DNA of 63,984 bases, filler included, from Reclinomonas americana ATCC 50394 (lineage: Eukaryota): the NCBI GenBank assembly GCA_048213135.1. It is 10 parts of 7 records of this genome, joined end to end, with 100 filler letters (N's around TTAATTAATTAA, not from the genome) between each part and the next. Parts side by side here need not be neighbours in the genome. Positions count along the whole stretch, not along the records: positions 11,641 to 22,146 come from PS015688.1; positions 22,247 to 30,120 come from PS015689.1; 8 more parts are not named here. One strand, written 5' to 3'. The position numbers and the translations under genes are program-made. This document shows, piece after piece, positions 12,501 to 24,563 of this stretch. The notes under the pieces are model-generated. The model saw only the letters and a program-made list of their open reading frames with translations. It did no database searches and had not been told where the DNA came from. Every line of letters begins with the position of its first letter. Within the stretch, counting starts at the first letter, position 1.

Positions 12501-12637
12501 TCCAGCGCGGCCAATTCACCGACACCGCCAACTTCACCCTCCGCTGCTCCATTTGCCGCGCCAGCATCCGCGGTCAAGAGGACGCACAAAAGCACGCCAT
12601 GCAGACCGGCCACGCGCAGTTTGAAGAGTACCGCTAG
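9080..12637 (+). CDS. OTU1: OTU1/YOD1-type deubiquitinase (Ubl + OTU + C2H2 zinc finger)
   Basis: Exons 9080-9218, 9655-9851, 10722-10867, 11758-11999, 12060-12111, 12176-12296 and 12506-12637 splice in frame. Catalytic motifs DDNSCLFSAVG, WGGAIE, LLYDGIHYD; C-terminal FTLRCSIC...HAMQTGH zinc finger. Confidence 0.93.
11541..11640. other. Artificial scaffold linker N44-TTAATTAATTAA-N44; 12-mer also at 22191, 30165, 38723, 42368, 55663, 57333, 58585, 62511
   Basis: An identical 12-mer giving stops in all six frames, always centred in a 100-nt N block. Confidence 0.97.
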
Positions 12638-12763
12638 AGACATGCGCTGCTTGCAGTGAGAGTGGGTGCCTCACTCTCTTCTGCGCGCGATATCTCCACC
12701 GGTCGATTGTACGTAGTTTGTTCCTAGTGTCCATCATTAGTTTTTAATTCCCTTCTTCCCTTG

Positions 12764-15700
12764 TTATTTCATCGGAAACTGCCGCGCCTGCTCCGCCAGC
12801 ACATCACGAATGATGCGGGCGGCATCCATCTGCAACTCGTAGTCCTCGTCCCCTTCCACCGCCACCAACCCACCATGATCCACAATCTCCTGCTCCCCGT
12901 CGCCGGCGGCATCGACGAGACCCGCCCAGTCGGCATCGGTGAGGCACTCGCGCAGCGCGTGCGCCAGCTCCACCTGCTCGGGCGACGGCGACTCGCCGCT
13001 GTCGGGGGGCGCGAACAGCACACTTCGCGACGCCTCAGATTGGGATGCTGGTGGTGGCGGTGGCGGCTGCGGTTGTGGTGGAGGTTGGGATGGAGTAGCG
13101 ATTTGCACACGTCCCGGCGCCGGTGACCGCGATCGAGGAGGTTTCTTCCCCGAAGACAGGCGCCGCGGACGTCCCAAGATGGCCGCCGTGAGGGATCCGG
13201 TGGACGATTGTGGCTGGAACGATAGCGAGGCGTCTGCAAGGGAAAGAGAGACAGTGAGGGCGAATGGCATTACAAACAACACACGAAAGCGGAGATTGGG
13301 ACGCCCGGGCAGCCGGAAACCCCAGAACCACATGCCCATGAATAACAACAGGCAAGGACATGATGTGCAAGCACACAGAAAACAAGTGACATTTCACAGA
13401 AACCGCACAGCAGACGAAGCACAAATAATCAAACACGTAAAACACGCATTCAAAGACACAAGCAAACACGTGCATGTACAAAAGAAACAAACGACTGGAT
13501 ACAAGTGCACAGATGAATGCACATGAACACAGTTCACCACACCAGCGACGTGCAGAAGCAAACAAGCGTATGATGCACACGCACGGAGAGAGAGAGAGAC
13601 AAGCAGAAAACGCTCACACCAAATCACGCACAAGCACACCATGCAAACAGACAACATGCAGAAAGCATGAAGCAGAATACTTCGATCCACAGCATGTGCA
13701 TCACGACGCCACCAACAGTAGTACACAAACAACGAATGAACATTCAAGAGCACATGCACACCATGAAATCAAACAACAGCAAAAGCCACACAGAAGCATG
13801 GAAGAGAATGCATTGATCTAGAGGATGTACACAAGACGCCACCAACAGGAGTACACAAACATACAATGAACATACAATAGCACAAACACGCCATGCAAAC
13901 AAGTACGACAAATGCCACCTAGAAGCATGAATCAGAATGTCTTGATCTACAGGATGTACGTCACGACGCCACCAGTACAATATACAATACAATACACAAG
14001 CACGATCATCGAAAGGAAGCACGCACACAGAGATAGAGAGAGTACAAACACACAGATAGAAACACACAATACACAGCCAGCGCATATCATCCTTCTCCTT
14101 TCCCTACCATCCTTGTCCTTTCCCTATCACTCTTCTCCTTTCCCTATCACCGTTCTCCCTTGCCCTATCACCCTTCTCCCTTCCCTATAACCCCTCTCCT
14201 TTCCCTATCACCCTTCTCCCTTCCCTATCACCCTTCTCCCTTCCCTATCACCCTTCTGCTTTCCCTATCACCCTTCTCCCTTTCCCTATCACCCCTCTCC
14301 TTTCCAATCACCCTTCTCCCTTCCCCACCACCCTTCTCCTTTCCCCGAGTCGTAACTCTGCTCTGTCGGCGACGGCGATTGACTGGACAGCGACTGCAAG
14401 AAGCTGGCAATGGTGTCGTCGGCATCAGCCGTCATCTCCCCACTTCGACTGCTCCCGCTGCCGCTGTCGTGCTGTGTGCGGTCCAAGTGGTCGACCGTGA
14501 GAGTCACCGCAGAGCCCCGATGTTGGTGATGCATCCCAGCTGCGAGTCCACAGGCAAACATTAGAAAAACATGCACAGCCCCCAACCTTTCCCCCTATTC
14601 CCCAACTATCCATCCTTCCCAAATATCTATCATCCCCCAGCTGCCCATCCTTCTCAGGTTACTCATCCTTCCCCAATATTCTTCCTTTCGTCAGCTGCCC
14701 ATCCGTCTCCAGTCCCCCATCCTTACCCAACTACCCATTCTCCCCCAAGCACCATCCTTCCCCAATTACCTATCCTTCCACAGCTACCCATCCTTCCCAC
14801 ATTACCCGTCCATGTATAATTATCCCTCTTTCCCCACTATCCATCCTTTCCCCTATTACCCAATGATCTCATCCTTCCCCACATCCATCCTTCCCCTCAT
14901 ATCCATCCTTTCCCAGCTACCCATCATCCTTCCCCAATTTCTCCCACACCTTGCTTCTGCTCCTCCATCATGCGCGCAATGGTGGGGAACGGGGCCGCCG
15001 CGGTGGCCGCCAATCGTCGAAACGCCGACGACACCCCCGTCAGCTCCTCGCGCGCTGGATCCGGCGCAGCCTCGCCCTCGCCCAGCAACATGGAGACCAT
15101 CGGCATCACATCGTTCACACGGCGCATGGCCACACGCGTGTCCGCCGCCCGCCTCTCCTCCGCCACCGCGCGCAGACGCTCGGCCAACAGCTCCAGTGGC
15201 AACACCGGATCCGACGACGATCGCAGCAGCGGCGCCATAACATCGGCAGAGCTGCGCGTCGGCGGTAATCTTGTCGTCGTCGGCTGATGTCGCTCCTCCG
15301 CTTGTGACGACCAGTCGTCCTCCTCGCGAGACCATGCATGCGCTCCACCATCGGCAGCACCGCGAGGTGATCTGCTGTGCCGTGTGCGTGACCGTCGCGG
15401 TGGTGGTGGTGGTGACGGAGCCGGCTGCGTCCGCGGACCTCTGCTCGGCTCTTGTGTCCTCCGCACGTCCCTACGTTCTACATGCCACTCTTTCTCTTCC
15501 TCCTCCTCCGCCTCGTCCTCCTGCTGGTGCTGCTCCTCTTCTTCTCCTTCGTCCTCTGTGGGCGGAGAGAATGGCATGTCGGTGACAACTGGCACTTCGT
15601 CTACCACAAGGGGTGGCGGTGGTGCTGGTGCTGGTGCTGCTTCTGCAACAACAGCAGGGGCAGGAGGAGGTGGTGGTGGAGGCGGTGGTTGTGCCAACGT

Positions 15701-18700
15701 CGGCAGTGTGACGGACACGGCTGGTTTCGGCGCCGGTGCGAGCGCCGCACGTGGGGTGCTCTCGGCAGAGATGAGTGGTGTCGACGAGGCTTTCAGTGCC
15801 TCAGCCGTGTCCATCGGCATCGCGGTGCTGTCCAGTTTCTTTGGTGACCCGCCCTGCCTGGGAGTGAAGCGCGTGGAGGCCATCACGCCGGCAGTCGGCT
15901 GCGCAGAGGGGTGAGCAGAGATGAGAGTGGAAGGACTGGCAAAGCGACTCACCCGCACAGTAGAGTCCGTGGAAAATGACGAACGATCTGGTTCCGCGTC
16001 AGGTGGAGCTGTGGTGACAGAGGAGTGAGTGGCGAGCCAAATGACAGAGGAGAAAGGGAGCTGGCGAGCAGAGAGGAGAGACACGAGGAAGTTTTCCAAA
16101 GCAGTGAGGAACTGCAGAATAGTGAACGGGTGGTGTGATAACTGAGCGGGTCAAGAAAGTTTAACAGCGAAAAACAACTGGAAACGCATTGCCAGTGAGT
16201 CACTGCATGACTATACAGAGAACAAGGGAACGCAGGAATGCATTCGCCACTGTATGTCTTTCCAGAATTGGGCGAAAGTGAGCCACCGCGAAAGCACAAA
16301 GTGACGAGGGTGCAAAGTTCAAATGCAAGCCAACAAATGACGCAGTCCAGCACAAAAGCAATCCACCCCAAAGGTATTGAAACAGATCGAGAGACAACGC
16401 AGGATGTAGTTCCTTCGTGACGCCAGCAAGGTCGAAAACAAGTTGAAGAAACTATGTGACCAAGAGCTGAAAGCACAGGCAACGAAATACAATAGCACAA
16501 GGAAGGAACAATCGTTCTTGAGCGACAGAGACTAAAACGAGAGCTGAACAAGCGAGCGATTCAACTAAAATTTGACTTCTCTCCATCTCCCCTCCCCTTC
16601 CCCTTTTCCCTTTCCCTTCTCCCCTTCTCCCCTTCAGCCCTTCTCTCCTCCTCCCCTCCCCTTCTCCCCCCTCTCCTTCCCACCTCTCGACGCCGACATG
16701 GAATCCGCCACTCTCTGCGACAACACTGGCAACAGCGGTGGAACCACCGGCGCGTGAGTGGCCGGTCGCCACGCCGCAGATGCAGCCAACGACTGCCAAC
16801 GCAATCACAATCAACGTAAGCAAGCAACCACCGCACACCGAGAACCTCGTGTGCTCTCACCGCATCCGACTGGCTCCACAACATGTGACTGAATCGCATC
16901 GGCTGCGCCTCGTGCAACACACCCGCATGTGCCGCCGCCACCTCCGTCTGCGTCGATTCCTCGTGCACACCCGAAAACTGCCCCGCAAACTACACCAAGA
17001 CCATCACCATCCCGTCAGCACTGTCCATCCCCACACCATGCTCTGGATTGCAAAACGCAACATCCGATTTCAGCGGCCGATCGCCGTCGCCAAGAGAGGA
17101 CGGTGAAAAAGCGGGCGGCATTGTCGATGGCGAAACGTCGGAAATGTCACCGCCCACGGTGGATGGAGGCCGGTGCTGCTGCTGATGCTGCTGCTGCTGG
17201 CGGTGATGCACGTGCAGCACCGGAAACTCCTCGTCGGCTGGCGACGATGCCAGTGTCGACAGCGTGCCGGCGGCGGACCGCTCACTGACAGCAATCGATG
17301 TGCGCCTCGTGTACGCCGACGGTGGCGACACCACAAACGACACCATTTCCGACGGCTCATCGCCCCTGTGCTGCTGCAGCTGCTGCCGAGGCGGCGGCTG
17401 CGACGGCGGCGGCGTCAACTCTCCCTCTGTGGGTGGCGGAGGCTGGTGGAACTGCAAGAGATCCTGCGTCGACACCGACCGATGGCTGTCCAAGTCGCTG
17501 ACAGCGGTGGCCGCGGTGCGTGCGGCACTGCCTACCAGGTGCGACGTGCGCGGCGAGAGGTCGGTAAAATCAAACCCCGACCGCGGTGTAATACCCGCCG
17601 ACAGCGGCGGTCCATGCAGCAGTGGCGGCACATGGGGTGCACCGGTGCCAGCAGCAGCCATCTGCCTCACAGGTGCCATTCCCGCAGGTCGAATGGGGAC
17701 CGCTGGTGGCGGTGGCAGCGGCGGCGGCGCCGGTGGTGGTGCCAGCGAAACGGGAGTGGCGGCCGTCATCTGTGACATGAAACTGTCGTGCGGCAGATAG
17801 TGACGCGGTCGCTGGCGCGACTCGTCGGCCACCATGACGCCCTCCAGCAGCTGGTCCGTCAGCACGCTGGCGTTTGTCAGTGAGAGGCGTCGTCGCGTGG
17901 TGTCTGCATCCCCGCTCTCCCCCTCAGCAGAGGAGATCGGCTCGTGCCGTCGGCTTCCGCTGTTCGCTCGCCTCCTTGTCGGTTTTTTCGCACTCTCTTC
18001 CACCTCACGCTGCGATGCGCGATGCGAGCGCTGCTGCTGTCGCTGCTGTGACCGCTGTTGTGGAGCTCGGGAATGGTGTGCGGGTGGAGGTGAGGGCGAT
18101 GGCGATGATGATGACAGTGCAACGGGCTCCGCGCTCGAGGCGCGCTGTTTCCGCCGCCTGTTACGCGCCGGTTGCTGCTGCCCGTTTTCGCGCGACGACA
18201 GTGCACGGAGTGGAATGGCCTCGGTTGCGCGCGATCGACCTCCACGCACGGCGGCCTCCAGCAGCTGTGGTGTGTCGGGCGACTGGTTCTCCTTGGCGAC
18301 GCCTGGTCGCCGACTCTTGGTTGGCGATGCCGAGCCCGAGGCGGAGGAGGAGGTGGACGATGAAGTGGAGGAGGACAGATCGGATGGCGGCTTGATACGG
18401 CGGACGCGGGTGCGGCGACTGGCGCGACGAAGGCGCGTGGGAGGCGACAGGGATGAGGAGGCCCCCGCAGCAGCATCGGGTGCGGCGTTGACGGCACGCG
18501 GGTCCACTGCCACCAGAGTCGGCGTGTCGAGGACGCGCTTGTTGGGTGGTGTTTCGGGGGGTGGGGCCACGCGGCGGATAAAGGATTCGTTGGCGAGGAG
18601 GCGGTCGGTGCGGTCGATGTGGTAGGGAGTCGGTGCTGAGAAGTGGGGAAGGAGAAAAAAGGGAGAAGGGTTGAGAGGGGGGAGAGAGGGGGGGGGGAGA

Positions 18701-21630
18701 AAGGGGGGAAGAGAGAAGGAGGGGGAAGGACGGGGGAGAGAGACAAGGAAAGGAGAGGGGAAAGAGACAAGGGAAAAGTACGCCGCGGACTCTACGAGAG
18801 GAGGGAAGAATAAGGAGAACAGAGAGAAGTTGAGGAAGCCTGAAGAGGACTGTTGAGCTCGCCAGCGTGGGTGGACAGAAATAGGAAGAACAGCGAGATG
18901 AAGAAGGGAGGCGGAGAGGAAGGAAAAACACGACGATGCCTGTCGGAAGAAGAGCGAGAGGATGGATGAAAGGGAGGAGAAATACGACGACGACGCGAGC
19001 ATCCAGCTTCAGTTGACAGAGAAATAAGGAAAGAAGAGCAAGAGGAAGGAGAGAGAAGGAGAGGCAAACAGGAAGTGAGAAGCAAGACACTCGAGCTTAC
19101 CAGCGTCGGTGGACAGAGAGAAAAGACAGACAAGTGAGAAGGAGGTGGGAATGAGGGAGAAAGATACATGCCGAGGACAAAGATTACCAGCATCAGCGGA
19201 AGGAAGGATAAGGAAGATGAGAAGGAGGGAGAAAGGAAAATATACGATGAGAACTCTTGAGCTTTGTAGCGTCGGTGGCCACAGAAAAAAGGGAGAAAAG
19301 TGAGAGGAGGGAGGGGAGAAGAGAGAGAAGAAGTATGACAAGGACTCTCGCGAGCTTACCAGCATCTGTGGACAGAAATCGGTCCATGTGATCGGCAGGA
19401 GCTGATGATAGCAATGTGAGAGACGAAATTGTGCATCACAAGCGAGGAAGATAGCAACGCACCCATTTCTGATGTCAAAAACCGAGCTGGTGCCTCTGGG
19501 TAGGATGGCGCAGCACCAAACAGTCGATCGCCAGCCATGGAGGGATAATCTGTTGACATTTTTTCTCGTCAGTCGCTGTCTCTCCACCACCGGAGCACTA
19601 TTACACGACGCAACGTATCGCTGCGCTGTCGTAGGGCATCGATTGAGGTCGGTAAGCGTGCGGATGCGCGGCGTGTATCGGGTGCTGTTGCTGCGGAGCA
19701 TGCGGCATGACTGGGGCGCCCCACACGATTCCCGGAGTGTACAACGACTGATACACCTGCGCTGGCATGCTCATGCCTTGTGGTGGTTGTGTCGGCATCA
19801 TTATTGGTCGCGGTGGTGGTGGTGTCATTCCGGCTGGTGGCAGTGACATGGGAGTCATGGCAGCAGTGGAGGCTGCCGACGAGGCGGGAGTGGCGGTGGG
19901 GTGGGCCGGTGGTGCTGCCAGGGGTTGGATCATGGTAGGCGGTCGGCGGAGGAGTTCAGCGCTGTGAAAGGGAAAAGGTGAGTATAAACAAGAAGAAAGA
20001 TGCTGGACACAGCGGGCAGCAGAAGGAGAAGGAAGAGTGAAGATCAGAACGAAGCACCAGGTCAAGTTGAGTGAATTATCAAGCGCAGCACGGTGGGGAA
20101 GTATAGGGCACAAAAGTTTGAGAAGAGCAGAAGCAGGAGAATGTCGAACACAGCAAGCATGGTTCAGGAATAACATGCGCAGCAGGGAGCTTGTAAAGAG
20201 CTCACGGGAGCAGAGCAAAAGCAGAGGAGTCGAGCAATACAAAAACGATTCAAAGATAAGCACGGCAGGGAACTGGTAATAAACTCACGGGAAAGGCAGA
20301 GGGATACCGAGCATTACAAGAACGATTCAACGATAGGCACAGCAGGATACTCGCATGAACAGCTCGTGAGCGATGTCATACTGACACACGCAGAAGTGTA
20401 GATGCTGAACAATCAAGAGAACGAAACTCGCAAATGCGATTGATCCGCAAAGAGAGAGGCACCGCAAAGAGAGAAGCACGGCAGGGAACTGGTAAAAAAC
20501 TCACGCGAGAAGAGCAGAAGAAGGGATGCCGATCGATTCAACGATAGGCACAGCAGGATACTCGATGTCACAGCGACACTCGCAGAAGAGTGGATGCTGA
20601 ATAATCAAGAGAACGACACCCGCAATACCATTGACGCGCGAAGAAAAAAGCACATTCAAGACCGCTCTTCTGCAACAATCCCCACTCACCGATCCCTGGC
20701 AAACAACTCCGACGTCGATGTGCGAAAGACGCTCCCTCCATGACCACCGCCTTCCCCTACACCACCCAATCGAGAAGCACCGTGATAACTAGCCGGCGGC
20801 GTGACACTCGGCGTGGCGTGTGACGACATGTCGGAGAGCGCATACGAAATCTCAGAACTCATCCACGACTGGTGCCCGCTGGAGGGTGTCACCGACACGG
20901 ATGGCACCGCAGCAGCAGCAGCGGGAGCCTGTGGCGTCTGCGACAGGAGCACCTGCATGCGATCATACAGCTGCGAGGCGGCATTGTAAAAGGCCGAGTA
21001 TTCCACAGGAGGAGGAGGAGGTGGTGGTGGAGGCGCGGGTGGTGGGGGAGGTGGAGGAGGTGGTGGCGGTGCCTGTTGTTGCTGTCGCTGCTTCTGCTGC
21101 TGCGCGGTCACTCGTGGTCGCTGCACTGGAGGCTCCACGAACAGCGGCAGTGGCGGTGCCGGCATGGGGTGGTCACGCAGAACCGGAGCCGTGCTGGCTG
21201 GTCGCGAGGCCGAGGTGGCAGGCGCCGCAGGCGGAGCAGGAGGAGGGGGAGGAGGAGAGGCGGGTGACGGGCGGAGGTAGCGATCGAGGTTCTCGACCTG
21301 GTCAGAGCGAGAGGGAGACACAGTGTGAGAGAGAAGAGGAGTGACGGTGGGGGAGAGACAAGTCGTTTACCTCGGCAAACATGGGTTCTGTGGGTCTCGA
21401 GGGAGGTGGTGGAGCGCGAGTTGTGCTGCTCTTTCGCAGTGCGGGTGCTGCGGGTGCACTTGGGGCGGAGGAGGAGGGCGCCAGGCGAATTCGACCGTGG
21501 CTGTGTGAGAGAGGGAGGGAAGAGAGTGAGGGAGGGAGAGGGAAAGTGGAAGGGCACGGAGAGGGGAGAGAGAGAGGAGGGGGAGGGGGGGAGGGGGATG
21601 GAGAGGAGGGAGTTTGGGGGGAGGGGGAAG

Positions 21631-21665
<35 letters not shown>

Positions 21666-22048
21666 TGAGCGTGTATGTGAGTGAGTGAGAGAGAGTGTGT
21701 GTGAGAGAGTGAGGGAGTGAGTGAGTGAGTGAGTGAGAGTGTGGGTGAGTGAGAGTGAATGTGTGGTTGTAGCGAAGGAGAGCGAGTGAGTGAAGGAGAG
21801 AGAGCAAGGGGTGAGTGCTGGAGTGAGAGAGAGGGTGACTGGTGAGCAGGGAGGAGAAGAGTGCGTGAGTGAGAGAGACAGAGAGAGAGAGTGATTGAGC
21901 GAGCGATTGAGTGCATGCAAGAAGGATCAGAGAGAGAGAGAGAGAGTGTCACGTTGCCTCCTCATCCTTTCTCCTTCCCTCACACTCACCTCTCCTCAAA
22001 GTTGCGGATGTAACTCGACAACTCGGAGAGCGCCGTGCGACTGCTCAT
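12764..22048 (-). CDS. Very large Pro/Ser/Ala-rich, probably disordered protein of unknown function (multi-exon)
   Basis: ATG at 22048 (MSSRTALSELSSYIRNFEE). Exons 22048-21990, 21500-21371, ~21297-20690, ~19960-19615, ~18636-17062, ~16989-16685, ~15935-14952, ~14535-14345, ~13233-12764 (TAA). The first five junctions were checked and are frame-consistent GT-AG; the rest are approximate. No domain recognised. Confidence 0.65.
14100..14345. repeat. Intronic ~19-20 nt minisatellite CCCTATCACCCTTCTCCCTT
   Basis: About 11 visible tandem copies. Confidence 0.85.
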
Positions 22049-22381
22049 CTCTCGCCTCCCACGTGAAGTAGGTGCACTCATTGCACACACTCACTCACTG
22101 AGTGAGAGAGAGAGACTGTTGCAGTGCGGTGTGAGTGCGTGTATGCNNNNNNNNNNNNNNNNNNNNNNNNNNNNNNNNNNNNNNNNNNNNTTAATTAATT
22201 AANNNNNNNNNNNNNNNNNNNNNNNNNNNNNNNNNNNNNNNNNNNNTACGTCTCTCTCTCTCTCCTCTCCTCCTCTCTCTCTCACTCTCACTCTCACTCT
22301 CTCTCTCTCTCTCACTCTCACTCTCTCTCTCTCTCTCTCTTGCACCTTCCTTTTTCTTATCGTCGCTTGTCATTCACGCAG

Positions 22382-22857
22382 GAGGAGGGCGGTGAGGAGG
22401 AAGAGGAGTACTCGGACGACGAGGAGGGCGAAGGTCTGTGTGTGCTCTCGAAATAGTGGAAAACGATTGACTACGATGCTCACGCCGTTCCGCAGAGGAA
22501 ATGGAGGCCAGCGACTCCGAGTCGGATGAGGACTCCGGCAAGGTCGACTCCAAGGCTCTCGGCAAGGCCATTCGTGAGACCATTTTGCAACGCAAGCGTC
22601 AACGCGGTGCGTAATCACACAGAACTCTCGAGTGCCAGTGCATTGCGTGTGTGTGCTCATTTGCGCTCGTGTGCACAGAGGGTGACGACAGCGAGGATGA
22701 GCCTGCGACCAAGACGCAGAAGACGCAGTTGTGTAACCTCTACATGTGCTCAACCTACAAACGTGTCACTCATTTTTGCGAGCAGGAAGGTGGCGGAGCG
22801 TCAGGAAAAGGTGAAGGAGGCGGTGCAAAAGAAGCAGCAGGAGCAGCAGAAGAAGCC

Positions 22858-22891
<34 letters not shown>

Positions 22892-23454
22892 GAGAAGAAG
22901 CAGCAACAGCCGGAGAAGAAGCAGGAGAAGAAGCAAGCGGAAGCAAAGCAGCCGGAGAAGAAGGCCGCAGCTCCCGCCAAGCGGACACTGAAGGCCGGTG
23001 TGGTGGCCGAGGATCTGGCAGTCGGCCAGGGCCCCGTGGCCAGCAAGGGCAAGATGATCGAGGTCAAGTACCGCGGTTTCCTGAAGAACGGTCAAATGTT
23101 TGACTCGAGTGGACGCTTCCCGTTCAAGCTTGGTGAGTGGGAGGTGGAGGGGAGAGAGAGAGGAGAGGGTGAATTCTCACTCTCTCTTTTGTCGTGCAGG
23201 TGCCGGCGCTGTCATCCAGGGCTGGGACATTGGTGTCGAGGGCATGATGGTCGGCGGCAAGCGCAAGTTGACGATTCCGGCGGCGGCTGCGTTGCGTTCT
23301 TGTTTTGGAAAAATCTGCTTTGTTGCAATCAGGGGTGGTGGCCGCTCACACACCTTCTTTTGTTGCACACAGCTACGGTCGCTCTGGTGCGCCACCGGCA
23401 ATCCCGCCGAATGCCGAGCTCACCTTTGAGGTGGAGTTGTTGAAGGTGCGCTGA
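22382..23454 (+). CDS. FKBP-type peptidyl-prolyl isomerase with acidic and Lys/Gln-rich N-terminal region (nuclear FKBP39/Fpr3-like); 5' end lost at a linker
   Basis: VAEDLAVGQGPVASKGKMIEVKYRGFLKNGQMFDSS...FKLG|AGAVIQGWDIGVEGMMVGGKRKLTIPAAA|AYG...IPPNAELTFEVELLKVR* (TGA 23452-23454). Acidic EEEEEYSDDEEG exons lie upstream. Confidence 0.9.
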
Positions 23455-24563
23455 GGTGGTGCCGGCGTGGACAAGTAGGAGTGTTAGGGGGAATGGCAAT
23501 GAAGGGAATAGTTGGGGTTGAAGGGAAAGGGTTAATGTGAAGGGCAGAAAGGGGAAGGGTTGAAGGGGAAGGGGGCGGAGGGAAAGGGAGATGATGGGGG
23601 AGGAGGTGAAGGGGAAGGGCTGAAAGGGGAAGGGGTGAAGGAGAAGGAGTGAAGGGGAAAGGGGATGATGGGGAAGGGTTAAAGGGGGATGAAGGTGACG
23701 GAGAAAGCGGAAGGGAGATGAAGACGAATAAGAGGGAGAAAGGATGAAGGAGAGGAAGGAAACCCAGTGACGCTAAGGAGAGAGGGGAAGGAGGAAGTGA
23801 GCGAGAGGTAATCAGCCCGTCGCGACAGTCCCATCTGGTGCTTTTGCGGTGGCGTGGTATGGTTAGGCGTGCCTTCGATAGAGAGCTGCTTGACTTTGCC
23901 CAGTGCTGAGTCGTCACTTGCGTGAAGTTACATACTACGCCAATCACATTGCTTTGGTTTGACCGCCTTGGGTCGTGGATACAAGGGCGCCAAGAGCTAA
24001 AGGTCGCAGCCTTCAGGCGACTGACTTGGAAGAGTCATTTTTGTGCCAAGAAGTCGAGAACCACACCGACCAGCATGCGATGCTTGGTTTTCCTCCTGAA
24101 GAGAAGAAGACGACTGTATGGAGAATACTTCTCCCTTTCCTCGTTCCCCCGTTCTTCTCCCTCCTCTCACTCTCCTGCTTATTACTCTGTCGACAAACGC
24201 TGATAAGTTCGAGAGTTACATTCGCCAGCGTGTCTTGTTTCGAAGGTCGATCATGAGTCAGCGTCGGCCACGAGATTGCTGCTGGTGCATGACAAACCAC
24301 TATTCAACCACACTTATGCGGTTACGACTTGTTCGAAACTCCGAGAGCGAACATACACCCAAGAAACCTGCTGCTGCCTCAAGATTGGTGTTTGTGTTGA
24401 TGTTTTGGATACGGTTGAACTTGGTCACCAAGGCAGCTGTTGCTTGTTTGCTGGTGAAGCTACCAGGAATCCGCAATCCTGGCACCTTTCAAGTGAAAAC
24501 CAATGCCGACGTTCTCTTGCAGGACTGCATGACAACGACCCCCCCCACTCAATCTCAACAACA

